A stretch of 64,000 nt of DNA from Chrysomallon squamiferum (Eukaryota > Animalia > Mollusca), in the NCBI GenBank assembly GCA_012295275.1, contig CM022671.1, positions 5,146,001 to 5,210,000 on the forward strand, in the 5' to 3' direction. The notes beneath the pieces were generated by a model, which saw nothing but the letters and a program-made list of their open reading frames with translations, ran no database searches and had not been told where the DNA came from. Both the position numbers and the translations under genes were made by a program. Below are positions 1 to 18,915 of this stretch, one piece after another (the stretch's first letter is position 1; the number at the start of each line of letters is the position of its first letter).

Positions 1-1403
1 CAATGGTTGTGATGAAAACTATGCCATTTAAACTCAATTTTAGTGCAGCAAACAAAGACATACTCAGACTTTAATTGCAGCAGAATCCATTTCCATAAAG
101 CAAGAAAACGCACAACAGAAAACAAAACAAACAAACTTGCACAACACACTTTTTAAATAATATAGAACCATTCAGTATTCATCCAAACTTGTTATGACAA
201 AAAATATATATTTAAACATGGCTGGGCTTTTTTAAATTTTATTTTTTTAAATGCTAATAAAGATTTTTCATGAAGGCATTAATTTAAAAAAAAGTGTCTG
301 TTGAATGGAAGAAATTAATGAAAGTTTATGTGATCAGCATTTAGTTGTTGAGTTTGTTTTAACTTTTTTAAATGTTGAAAATAGCCATGTCATATCGCAG
401 CCTCTTATTGCCAGTAACAACCAGCCATTTTGTTAATAAGATACATAAAACATTTAATTCAAATTCATCAATACCATAACCTTTTTTATAAATCCTTTTT
501 CTACACTGCTAACACTAATGAATTTCTGTGCATTACTTAAACATTACCATTACATAAGAGTTCAGATTTAGAGCTAAGACCATACCCATACCCAAACAGA
601 AAATACAGAAATGAGACTGGTTTACAAATGTTCAAATCGAGGTTAGAAATCTTTTCATCTAATTAAAAAGTGAATAAGCTGGGACTTGGGGATACAAACA
701 TTAAAAAGTTTTGCATATTATTCTGTTAATATCTGCCAAATAGGAACCTTGAGTTGTATACAGTTTCTGTTAACAGTTATAAAATAGGGCTTTAACAGTT
801 TAATTTTTATTTTTGTTGTTTTTTTGTTTTGTTTTGTTTATGATAACATATTAATGTCTAAATCTTGCTGTGAATAATAATTTTTTATTTTACTTTCTAT
901 TATTAAAATGTTAAACATTTTTTCTTCGTTATAATAACAATAAACAAAAACAAGAATACTAAGGCTATATAGCAATGGCTTAAGGGGTTGAAACCCCCCC
1001 AAAAAACCAGACTTACTAAATCCACATAGACATTTATTCTGAAAGGACCCTAAATTTGCAGCTGTATTTTGGAATCTGCTGGGAACCTAAAATTAATTAA
1101 CTTTCTAAACAGTTAAAAAAGAAAACAACAGTATTCATTGTTATTTTAAAAATGTTTATAATGTTAATCAGTTCTGAACAGCCTAATCCAAAGAAGGTAA
1201 AAGGCAATCATATTTTTGTCATTTCATTCCTTGAATATATTTTAAGAAATGTTTTAAAATGTTTTTATTTTTTTTTACCTAAAAAGATAAGAAAACAAAG
1301 ATAATTACATAAAAAAAATTCTAACCACGATTTTACTAGTTTTTGTAACCAGCAACTACACACTACCAGTTTCCACGCTAATCCATAGGAAAACTATTTG
1401 TTT

Positions 1404-6054
<4,651 letters not shown>

Positions 6055-6837
6055 TGTTCCTTTCTTTCTGTTTGAACAGAAGCACGTTTTGTTTTTTGAG
6101 AATTCTTTGAATATCACATCTTCTGCAGGTAATTTTATCTGAAAGAATAAGAATAACAAAGATGGGTTCAGTTGTAATATCCAGTTAGCCAATGTTCTTA
6201 GATAATTTTGTTCTGTAATAAAATGGAAATGGTCACATTAGTTATTCCTAAATAAACAAACTGAATGTTTTTATGTCCTTTAAGGTGAAAATATGAATAC
6301 TGATTTTAATATTGTCCAAACTAGAAATGGTGTCATTTATTTTGTCTAAATGTAGTAAACAATCATTTTAATCATACCTTTAAAAATATGGGAACGATCC
6401 ATTTAAAGCAAGAAAAAACTGAATTAGATATAATTCACAATTTCCATCTATCGCTAAAAGTAACAAGTACAGTCTGTTCTTTTTTATGACTATGTTTTAG
6501 TAACGTCATCCATTATTACTAGCAGTGGTTGGTTTATTTATTTATTTATTGACTTGGTATGAATACAAAATGTAATAGTTATTTGGCACAGCATCATAAA
6601 AAACAACAATCAATAATAATTATTTACTTAGATTATATGTTAGCATCACTGGAGATACACTGTAGTAATAACTATCATACATTATAATTTGTTTACAATA
6701 AATGAAGTGTATATAAGTCTGCATATGTGTGTGTTTGTCTGTCTTTCTGAATTTCTATTTATATGTCTATTAATGCATGTGCATGTAAATAAATTTGTAT
6801 GTTTTTATATATAAATATTAATATGAATATATATCTG

Positions 6838-6875
<38 letters not shown>

Positions 6876-6974
6876 AAAATACCCATTCAAAATAAATATC
6901 AACTGAGTTATATATGTTTAATCTTCTTAAGAGTTCTTTAAGGTGATTACATCCAAGCATGACTAATTGTAAGT

Positions 6975-6988
6975 GTTGTCATGACAAC
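6975..6988. promoter_or_regulatory. RFX X-box (GTTGTCATGACAAC), probably in CCDC74 intron 1
   Basis: Core of a perfect 18-bp palindrome at 6973-6990; matches the X-box consensus of ciliary genes. Confidence 0.55.
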
Positions 6989-7146
6989 ACAGACTTAAAG
7001 CAAGCATATTTATGATTATTTCAGGTTTCTTTGTTACCCAGAATGTAAACATTTGATTTTTATTTAAGTATGTTTTAATAATACCTTTTCTTTCATTTAT
7101 GTCATACTTTCTGAATATTTGAATAAATAAAGAAATAAATAAAAAG

Positions 7147-7179
<33 letters not shown>

Positions 7180-8265
7180 TTAAATACAAAAAAAAGAAGA
7201 AAAGAATTAAATGAAAGAAAAGAAAAGAGAAAAAATTAAATTCTAATGCATTTCTGATATTTAATATGATTCTATTAAAACACAAAATAAAATAAATTAT
7301 TAAAGCAGGCTGCAAATGTTATAGGTCTATAATATATACAATAAGATAATAAAAAAAATAAAATAAAAAAAATAATGTATATTGGTGATAATTTAAAGTT
7401 TTAATCCCATAAACAATAAAATAAAATACAAAATAATAATAAAATTAGTATAAATGACACACACATACAAAATGAAAAAGTAAATAAATAATTAATATGA
7501 CCATTAAAAAAAAATATTATCCAAAATGTAACATTAAAAGAAAATGAATAACAATAAAGAAAAAAATTATCTAAGAAGTCAGTGAATAAATAAATAAATA
7601 CATAATATGTATATAACAAAAGCAATTTTGCTAAAAAATAAATAAATAAATTTAAAAAAAAAGATTATAACAAATCAAATCAAAAACAACCAAAATTTTA
7701 TAAAAATAATCTCTTCAGAAACACATCAGATGAAAAAGATTAAAGTTACAAAAATATTTAAAACTCGATACTTGAACTTTGAACATATAGTAGTAATAGA
7801 GTAATAAATTATTCAGTATGCCATAAATTGTAAAACTATAAACTTTCAAGCTCTGAAAAATAAATCAGTTTGGGAAATGACACAAATATAAATACTTCTA
7901 CATTAATTCAAGAGAATGTTTAATGTTTTACTGTTTTTAATAGCTCTAAAAAATAAAATGAAAGAGAAATAAAAACACATGATTAAAATAAATCTAAAAA
8001 ATACAAAAAGTAAATACATATCAACAAAAAAATAATAATAAAAATATAAATAAATATAAAATAAATGTATATCAAAAAACACAAATAAATAATTAAAAAA
8101 TAAAACATACGAAACAACAACAACAAAAACAAAAATAATAATAATAAATAAAAGAAAATTTTAAAAAATAAATAAATATTCATAGAAAAAAAAATTCTGT
8201 TATGTTATTCAAAGATTTTGGTAGAATGGAGCCTGGGTTGGACTGGGAAAAAACATAATAAGTGT

Positions 8266-8315
8266 CAGCAAGACTGATATGTCACTGCCAGCAAGACTGA
8301 TACGTCACTGCCAGC
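8266..8315. repeat. 23-bp tandem direct repeat (about 2.2 copies)
   Basis: cagcaagactgata(t/c)gtcactgc twice, followed by cagc. Confidence 0.85.
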
Positions 8316-9029
8316 CTAAAGTCGGTACTCAAGAAAAAAAAATATTCAACGACATAATAACAACAGAAATTTTTGTTCAGCTTAAATATGGCTGAATGGG
8401 TGATGTAATAAGTAGCATGCTAATTATAATCCTGAACAGACTGAGTGAGAAATAAGTTACTACAAGCATGACTCAGAGGGTGGTTTGTTTATATTTCAAA
8501 ATATATTAGCCACATAGATTACTTAATGAGCTAAGAGCACATGCATATGCTCAGGTTCTTTTATCCTTTACTTAAAAAAAACATATTGGATATTTGTTAA
8601 TTATTAGCATAAAATCATTTTAAACCAACATTCATTTTCTCTTACAAAAATGTGACAGCTTCTTCATAAATATTTGAGTGACTAAGAAAGTCACCATCAA
8701 ATGCAGAATTAGACAGAGTTATAACTGAATTTAAAAAAAATAAAAATAATAACAACATTAATCAGTGCAATGGGAGATAACTCACATGGCTCTTTTGACA
8801 TTTCTAGGAACAAATGCTGTGTCATTGTGAAATATAATTTATGTATATATAAGCATGTTAATAAATCAGTCAATACATTTGACTGTTGAAGCATTCTTGT
8901 CTTAAGAACTCACTATAGTAACTGGAATTTTCTATTTATGATTGTTCTGGTGTTAGACTGTTAGTATGTTAGATGGTTGGACAGACAGACAAACAGATTT
9001 TTCACTTTTCCAAGAAACTTCAACACTTT

Positions 9030-9110
9030 CTTAATTAGCTCTGTGTTGGAGTTGGTACCAGGAGGTGAACCCAGAACCTATCATTTTTATAATGCTGCTG
9101 GTTTAACTAC
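9030..9110 (-). mobile_element. Degraded tRNA-derived SINE fragment
   Basis: The reverse complement has a B-box-like GGGTTCACCTCC followed by GGTACC...CAGAGCT, resembling gastropod SINE heads (recalled, not searched). Confidence 0.4.
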
Positions 9111-9741
9111 AATACATGGATGGTTGTATGAATATCATATGCTATTTAGAATGATGTTCTGAATATATAAAATCAGAATAAAATAAAATGTTTCCTGAAA
9201 ATTTTAGACCAAATAAAGGAGGACTTTTTCAAATGAGGAAACAGAAGGCTGTTATAAAAACATAAAGTGTGTGTGTGTGTGTGTGTGTTGTGTGTGTGTG
9301 TGTGTGTGTGTTTATATATATATATAGAAAGAGCAACATGATCTAAACAGAATTAAAGAGGGGTTAAGGTGTAATGGTTAGATTTCTTTCCAATACTGAA
9401 CATACACACAATATATAAAAATACATTTACATATAAAATTATACACATATGTGCATTTGGACATCATTAATATCAACAATACATGAATGGATAGATGGTT
9501 ATCATATGCTTTTTAGAATGATGTACTGCATATATAAAATGTATAAAGACTATTTTAAATGAGGGAACTAAAAGTTAAATTATAAAAATATAATGTGTGT
9601 ATGTGGGTGTATATATAATTAGAGAAGGGTTAAGACTGTAATGGTTAGATTTCTTTCTAACACTGAGCATCCATACAATGTACAAAAATACAAAATATAA
9701 AAATATACACACATGTACAATTGGACATGATTAATATCAAG
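9111..9741. repeat. Diverged tandem duplication (about 9111-9477 and 9478-9741)
   Basis: Shared blocks in the same order: atcatatgct..ttagaatgatgt, tgtaatggttagatttctttc, ttggacat.attaatatcaa. Confidence 0.85.
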
Positions 9742-10097
9742 ACTATATGATTGCTATTTAATAATTCATAGCATTGATTAAATTAATATCAATAAAATAA
9801 ATTCATTGTTTTCAGAATTTTCACAGGAAATGTCTAGACTAAACTGGAAACATTACAAAAACACATTTTATAATGCAAAAATGTTAATTATTTTAATATA
9901 ACCAAGAATGAATTTACACTGTGCAGTCTATAATGACAAGACTAATTAACACTGCTAACAGAAGTAATTAGTTTTCTTGTCAAGATATACTAACTGATGA
10001 GTTTCATATATATATATATATATATATGAATTAACCTTTTTTTTTTTTTTTTTCTCTTTCTAATTAATAATATTTATACTGAAGACCAGTATCATAC

Positions 10098-10786
10098 CTG
10101 ATTATAACATTCACAGCCAATTCACATTCCCCGGTAATTTCTTCAAATAACCATGCTGTAATTATTATACCATGTCGTTATAAAATCGTAGATCCAAGTT
10201 AACACTTTGTCCTTTCACTTTACAAAACGCTCGTACTGTGGTATGTAGAAGCTGTTTGTTATGCAAATATATGTACAGTGGTCTCTATTGGTCACTGACA
10301 GGGGCAATACTTGTAAAGTTCACTTCCTGTATTAACTCACGCAATGTTTACGAACTTTACAAAAACAAAAAGTCAATTCAACATGACCAAAGACAATTAA
10401 AGATTACCCCTATGCGAATTATTCGATATACTTCATTCTATATATTTTCAACAACTGAAAATAACAAAATAAGAAAACAAAAATAAACGTTGTCAACGAC
10501 TCTTTTCAGGAATGTGATTAGGGGTAGACAACTCCAAAACTTCAAAATTTCATCAAGAACGTTGCATGTTTATGCATGTTTTTATTATGACAGATGCAGC
10601 TGGCGTATTATATAAGCCATAATTCGTAATAGAAATGCAAAATTGAAATTTAATTATAAAAGTGTATTGTTTGTTTCATCTCTTTCAAATTTTGATTTAA
10701 CTTATTTAAGATACAAACATTTTATTTTGTTATTAACGATAGAGGGCGCTGACGTAAAAGAGGGAATAGTACGAAATTGTGAACAG
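10098..10786. promoter_or_regulatory. Putative bidirectional promoter with non-coding first exons of CCDC74 (-) and KIAA0753 (+)
   Basis: Local CpG retention inside an otherwise CpG-poor region. Minus-strand donor CAG|GTATGA at 10098 and plus-strand donor CAG|GTAGCA at 10786. Octamer ATGCAAAT 10261, CCAAT (ATTGG) 10287, ETS CACTTCCTG 10321, X-box-like half sites 10489-10531, half-CRE TGACG 10750. Confidence 0.6.
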
Positions 10787-11155
10787 GTAGCACTTTGTTC
10801 AGAAACAGAAAGTAACCATTGCTTTTCATTTTTTATTTTCGTTTCAGGTTTCATTCATGTTTACGATTATATTCTGTTTTGTGCATTTATGATCATATTA
10901 GATTTTTTTTGGCAACAGCTTCAGTATTTTGCACAATTTACTTCTTGTTTTTTTGTTTACGACGTGTCATCTCAAGACTTACTATTTCCATTATTATCAT
11001 GGTTATACATTTGTAACTTTACATTATTATTATTATTTCTTCTTTATTTATAATACATTCTATTTTACTACTGTTATAAATATATTTATTTGTCTTGTTT
11101 CAAGCATGTTTTTTTAATGGATAATTATTTATTTTCAGAATTACAAAATTTAAAG

Positions 11156-14100
11156 ATGGCTTTTTATGGACAGAACCAACTTCAGTTCAATCTAGCATGC
11201 CCTCCCATGGCTTCTCATCTGTCTGCACAGTTTCATAAACCAGAACCAATTAAATTTGAAAAATTACGATGCATTACTAAAGATTCTTCTCATGTTTCAA
11301 AAGATGATGAACAGTTTATGTTGTCATCTGTATCTCAAGATAGAATGTCTCTTGCTGTTCAGTTAGCTAAAAGAGATGTTAAGAAACAAATGCAAGAGCA
11401 GAATGTACAGTCAAGAAATAGATCAACTTCACCTAAGTCATCGAAATCAAAAACTAAAATAATCTATGGCAAGGAGTACTGGGATAGGCAAAGAAAATGG
11501 CAGTCCCGTCCTAAGAAACCACTTGTTACCAAAGAGCATGACAAAAATAAACAGGTTAAAGTGACAGGAACCCAGACTCCACCTAGAATGTCTACAAGAA
11601 ACAATCTTCCTGGTTAGTATCAGTGCTATATGAATATTAAGAAAATATTCTGTAAATTATATCAGAAACAAAATTATGTCATAAAAAAAAATAAAAAATA
11701 AAAATAAAAAAAATAATCTATGAGTGGAGTTGTAATATTAAAAGAAATAATAAAAAATTGTAACAGGCATTGGTCGATTTATATACATGATATAATTTCT
11801 AACTTTAAAATGGACATTGAATGTTAAGTCTGTAACTGTTAGCTATTTGCTTTAGAACAATGTTGCCTTTAAGCTGCACAGCAATGCAATTGCAGTTTTG
11901 GTGTTGTGCATGTCAAAATATTGTCTCTCATTTTAATTTACAAAATAAAACTGTTTGCCATTGTACATAATCTCTATTAATGGCTACTAATTTTGTTGTC
12001 ATTTATATATATGCTTGATTTGCATAACCAAATAGTAATATATATACAGATGTAAATAAACAAAATGTTTTTTGTTTTTTTTAATAATTTTAGCCACAAC
12101 CAACAGTCCACCAACAAGAGACACTGATAGATATCCACATAACAAGGGGGTCACAACTTGTGCAGAACCATCTGATGAAGTAGAAAAACTTCAGTTAGAA
12201 ATGGAAAACTACCTGCACCAGATAGAAGTCATTGAAGAAAAAGCAATCAATGGTAAGCTTTTATTTAATATTCCTTGTATAGAATTACAGAAATAGTAAT
12301 TAGTGGATGTATGCAAAAATAACTTTTGATAAAAAGTCGTCCATTGTAATAAGGCTGATAAGTTTAAATTTCAGCATCACTGTTAAAATACAGGATTTAT
12401 AGGATAGTATACTGTACAGTATTATTTGTATAAAAATATGGGGTCTTGAATGCAAATGGTTTATTTAAAAGTTATTTATACATATCATCATACAGGTAGA
12501 TTTGAACAAGAAACCCCCCAAAAACCCCACTCAAATATACACTAAATATACTTAAGACTATACGTTAACCGAACCACAGATGCTGCTTTGATTAGAATTT
12601 TATGTAGGATATGCAATCATACCTCACCTTTCACTAACTTGATCTTTATCAGGATGTAATGAAGACCAACTCATAAAATATTTAAATTTAATTTCAGAAC
12701 AAAATGTAGCTTTTCTTCAACACCATCCACGGAGTAGAAGAAAAGAAGGATATCTTTCAGATGAGGAGGATGATGATCGGAGGATGATAAGAGCTGATGA
12801 ACATACAACCAGAGCAGCCAGAAATATATACAACCTTCGTCAGCAAGTGAGACAGATACAGAGAGAGATTATGACACTGGGGCCAGATCGGGCAAAACAT
12901 ACGAAAAAGGTTAGAGTTGAAAGAAGTGAATGTTTTTGAAAGTGATTTTTAAATGAATTATAGTGATTTATTTTTGTTTTAGTGACTGCAGAAAATGCAG
13001 TGTCATTCAATATAATAGTAAATCTCTTAGTTTTGATTAAAATAAAGATTACACACAGTTTCCCACAATCTTTGACTCTCTCCTCTCAGGTATATATATA
13101 TATATATATATATACAGGGGGTGCAAAAGTAGGTATACAGTAGTATCACATCAGTGAATTTAGTAGCACATTAAATTAGTTGGACTCATTTTTCTTATTT
13201 TGAGTGTCATTAACCATATTTTATTTAAATTAATAAAAACGCATGTATTTTTATATTAGTATTTTTGTTTGAATAATAAATGTTTTCTTTTTTCATTACT
13301 GTATACCTACTTTTGCACACACCCCTCTGTATATACTCACTTTCTGTCTAATATATCCACAAAAATACATTATCACCTTTTTATTTAATATGTAATAAAT
13401 AATTTTATACAAAACATATATCATATTTATTTTAATTCTGACTCAGAGCCAGACAATGGCAAAGCTGGCTGCAGCTCACAGAGGTGCTGTTCGGACAATC
13501 CAGTCGTTTGTGACTAACTTACCAAACCATGACTTGAGGCATGGCCTGCCCCCGAGCTACCACGAGCTGGCACTGCTGATCAGACAGTTAACACAGCTTA
13601 GCTGTGAAATCAAGCAGGGAGAACACACCAAAGTTCAGGAAGAACTCACTAGCATGCTAGATAATATAGAGGTAATGTTATTAAGCAAAAATACCTGTTC
13701 ATGCTTTAAAATGTTATAAAATGACCAAAATAATTTTACATGATTCAAAATAAATGTGTATTTTCCATAATTACAAAATAAAAAAAATGTTGTAGTTACA
13801 TGTTCAGCCTAGGCATGTGTGTGGGGGAGGTTTGGGTGTGAATTTACAGATGTACCATTCATATATTGTAATATATTTATAATATATTTATGTGTGTTTG
13901 TATGATGCTTATACATACAATTTGATATCAGATACATTTTGTTTTATAACTGGTACTGAAATTAAACTTAATGTCAGATTCATAACTTTGTTGTTTCAGA
14001 AGTTAAATACAATCTGGAGTAGGAAGAAACTTGTGCAACAGCAACAACAACAACAACAACAACAAGAGATGTCACAACAAAGTCTTTCACGAGTTAGTCA

Positions 14101-17100
14101 ACCTCCATTTCAAACCAATATACATAATCATCAGAAATCTGTCAGAAGATTTGGGAAGGAAAACAAACTGAGAAGTAAAAATGTTGTTGATGTCTTTTGC
14201 TAAAATTTAAACTGTTAAATAGCTTCTTTGATCACTTTGCACTAAATCAATAAATATTTATGTTTTGATACAGTAAATAACATTTAACCACACTGAAATA
14301 CTTTTCTATGGATAACATACCACCTTGTTAAATATAGTGATCAAGAAATAATATTTTACATAATAATAATAATAAATGAATTTATAAAGTGGCCCATGCA
14401 CCAAATTTGATGCTCTGTATGCAGTATTGTATTTAAAGGAAAGCATCTGTTAAACCACATCACTGTGATGGCAGTTGGAATGGGAGATATTCAAATTGTT
14501 TTACAAAATAAATTAGCACTGTGACCCATAATTCTGAGGCACATGTTAGTTCCTGGGCTAGAATCACCATTCATAACTTGTAATAACTGGATTATTTTTG
14601 TAGGTGTCCATAAAACATTTGTCAAGAGCAATGATAAGCTAAAAGTAACAAGACAGCAATCAAGTAAGTAAATCCTTTTTCTTTACCCATAATATATATT
14701 TTTAAAATAATCATTTTAATTTTTTTTAAAACAAGTTTTAGTTTTTGTTATTTTCTTTTATTTTACCTTTAAGTTAACATTTTAAAATAACCTGTCTTAC
14801 AATCTCACACAGATTCTTGTTTTAATATTCTTCTGATTCTCAAGACCTATGAGTATATAGTTTATCAATCAATAAGTACCAATTGCAGTATTAATATAAT
14901 TAGTGGATTTAATTATTTAGAACAGAGAAAAGATATTATAGTCTCATATTTCTTGTGTTAACCAGTAGTAAGAAACACTACCCATAAGATGTCTTCTTAA
15001 CCATTGCACCACCTCCAACTTGGGTTTATACCTGCCTCAAATAGGTTCATTTGTTTTTAAAATTTGTGACAGGCCCAACCCCAGAGAGAAGATCAGTATT
15101 GCGAGCAGGTTTGGAAGCTTTGATGAAGGAGACTGAGATGAAGGAAGGGTTACATGGAATGTCTTGGAGTGTCCCTGTTGTCAGCAGCAGACCACAGAAA
15201 AAAGAATTGCAAACTAAGAAGAGTCTGTTACTGCCAGCAAAACTTCAGGTTTGTGAAGTAATTAATAAACTGATGTACAAATTAATGCACAAAATTAATG
15301 ATTTTAATTAAAGAGAAGAATATTTATAGTAATGACACTAATTTCTAAGTTAAATTTTATAGATTTTGACAATAAAAAATAAAAATTAATAAATAAAAAT
15401 AAATAAATAAAAATAAATAAATAAAAATAAAATACCAAAATTATTAATGCATAATAAAATTATATTAAACAAATTATTAATACATGATAAAATGAAAATA
15501 AAATAAAACTTTGGTTACTAAGAGTAAATTCTACAGTGCAAACATTTTTGATTCCATTTTTCAGGTGGGTTTTGGACATTAATAACTGATCAAGACACTA
15601 ATATTAGTATAAAAAGATTTTCTAGAGACAAAATATTACTAATACTACTAGGAAATATATTTTGTTTTAAAGAAAAATATAAACTCTTTTTTGAAATACA
15701 AATGAATATTTTTTTTTAGGCTAATTTTAATAGGATTCAAATATGTTTTGTTTGAAGAATAATATGAATTGATTTTGTAAGATATTTTGAATTTTATTTT
15801 TATTCAGGCTAAAAGAGATAAGATTCAGAGAGTCCATTTCAACCCAACAGACAGCCACTTTGCAGATCCAACAATCTCAGCTAACATGCGATCTGTCCAG
15901 CCTCTGAAAAACCCCATCACAGACGAAGAGAGATCCACGACTTCTCAATCTTCATCACCTAGGTAACAGCATTGTACCTAAAATGTGCTTACACTTATTA
16001 CACTTTCAAGTTTTGAGACTAATAATGACTGAGGACCCCTTCATCTGAAATTCCATAATCAGAAACTTTTTTCAAAGAAAAAACATAGTGATGTTTTATA
16101 GCTTTTGAAAGGTTTAATATAAACAAAATTTTATTTTATGCAAAAGATTATTAAAAATATTATATTTAAAAAAAAAATACCTGCATCCTTATATTTCAAA
16201 AATTACAAAATACCCAAAACTTCTGATCCTTAGTGTTTTAGATAAGGAGTCCTTTACCTATACTTGTTACAGCAGTTTTCTGTGTTTGTTTTATGTTCAA
16301 TTTGTTATTACTTTGTTCTCATGGTTAATGTTAAATTTAACATCTTTTGTTTTTTACATGATTACTTTAAGTTGATGCTGTTAAATGTCTTCATAGTTCC
16401 CAGTGTTACATCTAACTATTGTTAAACTTTTCATCTTTCTTCAATATTTTGTTGTTATTATTAAAACAAAACTGATCCTTTTACTAATTTCTTATTTATG
16501 ATTGCTTTTCATCAATTATAATTTAATTTTTAAACAACAATTAAGAAAAAAACTAAATTGTGTGTGGACATCTAACAGTTTTGTTTTATTAACCTCTGTT
16601 TTAATTGTTGCACTAACTTTGCTTTTATTCAAACTGAAGACGTAGCTGCTTTTCACATAGTCAGCGACATTTTTCATCTAGTCCCAGTCCGTCCCAGAGT
16701 TCCACAAGTCCATGGAGGCCAGCAGGACTGTCCCCTGCACCAAGTCCAGCCACTAAACAACGCAGCAGATCCCTGAGTCCAGCTCTGTCCAGAAGCTCAA
16801 ATAGGGTTCGTGTACTAGATGTGGATGAAGACATGATTAGGTAGGCAGAAACTCTGTGGTAGTTATGTGTAGTGGAATCATAGCAGCATGGATTGTGACA
16901 GTATAATGATAAATGTTTGATCTGAGAATTCTAGAATGTTTGGTATAAGGGTTTGTCTGGATACAGGGTCTGTTCTTGATGTGGTCATTGACTAATTCGT
17001 ATTCCAACTAGTGCCAGTTTTCTTGTAATTCAAGTTTGGATTATAAGATTTTATAAAAAAAAAAAAAAAATTTTTAAATATATAAAAATGCAGAAAGACA

Positions 17101-18879
17101 ATCAGATATTTAATATGTAATAAACATTATTAATATGCATTATTTTTTGATTTGTTCATTTATTAAATGCTGAAGTAAGATTTTATATATTATTATTATT
17201 ATTTATTTTATTTTATTTTATTTTATTTTATTTTATTTTATTTTATTTTATTTTTTTTTTTTTTTATTATTATTATTATTATTTATTTTTTGGTCATTTC
17301 TGAAGATATTTTAAAACAAAATATTATTCTTTTAATTTATTTCAGACAACTGTTCCCCTCTGAAGATGAGAAACCTGCTGAGGTAATATTTAGTTTAGTT
17401 TTATTTTGGTTTTATTTTTATTTCATTAAAGATTTCTGTTTCGATGTTAGAGGATATCACATGAACTAATATTCATTGTTTCTTTTTCATTGTGTTCACA
17501 GCAAAGGCGTGGAAGACCAGTATCCAGGTATCCTGAATCTCCAGTTTCACAGAGGTATGTACTGTCTCGTTAGTAATAAAGTATACTTCAGTGAAAAAGT
17601 GTGTGCCATATACAAAATAAACAAATACATTTAATAAATTTAAAAAAAAAAAAAAATAATTTTTTTTTAAAATAACTGGAAAGATTTCACTTTAAAAATT
17701 CAGACGAGAAAATTGTTTATGGATTAATTGGTGTATAAATGTATTTACAGACAAAAACAAAGTCTTCATAAGTCTGATGTGAGAGGATCACAGAAACCTC
17801 AGCCACACCCTATTCAGGTATGTCACTTTATAATTACCATTTGTTATTGAACTTAGTATAATTATAATTCAACTAGAATTTTTTTTTTTTTTAAATTTTA
17901 GTTAATCTTTGTTTTTTCATTTATTTCTGTTCTTTGGGAATTTTTAAACACTGCATGATGGATTTTTTTTTTTTTGTTATCAATAATTATAATCTTAACA
18001 CAATTTTAAAATTTAGGTAGTTTTAATAATTTATGGCAGGAAATTAATTTAATTTATTTTTACAGATTATTATTTCTGATCAGATCATTAATTTTACTTA
18101 ACGTGTATTTCTTAAGCATTTAGAGAGTCTTTATCTTTGGGTCCAAAATTATTTAAAAAAAACAAAAACATTTGGTGATAGAAACTTTTATGTTTATACC
18201 TCTGTGTGTAAGTTATAAAATTATTAAATATTAAATTGTTTTCACTGTTTAGAGTGAAGAAAATGAAGAATTCAATGATATGTTGCTGAATGACATCCTG
18301 GCTGACACTGTCAGAGAACTGCAGCATTTTGAACAAGATGATGACGTCAGGCACGAAGCTGTCAGGTTACAGGATTTGCCAACACTCAGTAATCTGCAAA
18401 AACGATTAGAGGAAATGGAGGTAATGCCCCAAACTCAAAAAGCAACAAAAAAACAACAATACAAGAACCATAAATACAAATTACTATTATTTTTATTATG
18501 TTTTATCCACAGTTAATTAAATAATATTACTTATATATTATTTATTTTGACATTCACTTTATGTGTTCTTTTGATAAACTTTAATTTTTAATTTACTGAC
18601 AAATGCTTTTCTGTTGTATTTTAAACTTTATTTTAACAGTGACAGACATTTTTTTCAGCTAGACTTTAAACATTTTTTTTTAATATTTAGTGACAAAATG
18701 CAGTGGCATTTTACACTTTATTACAACATCACATTTTAAATTTATGTAAAAAAAGTTTGTTTTTTATTCCACAGCAAGAACAGAATGACATAAGAAGACG
18801 ATGGGCATCAGTAATTTATGAAGATCCTAAACCAAAAGACTAAATATTTTACTACCAGTAAGTCATACATAACATATCT

Positions 18880-18915
<36 letters not shown>

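Noticed and set aside
7097-8183. Several Phe/Ile/Leu-rich ORFs in the ORF track (and similar ones across the window)
   Set aside because: They are translations of A/T-rich low-complexity DNA and microsatellites, with no family similarity or exon context.
17528-17535. GTATCCTG resembling a U12-type 5' splice site in KIAA0753
   Set aside because: It is imperfect versus GTATCCTT and lies inside an exon whose ordinary GTATGT donor at 17555 preserves the frame.
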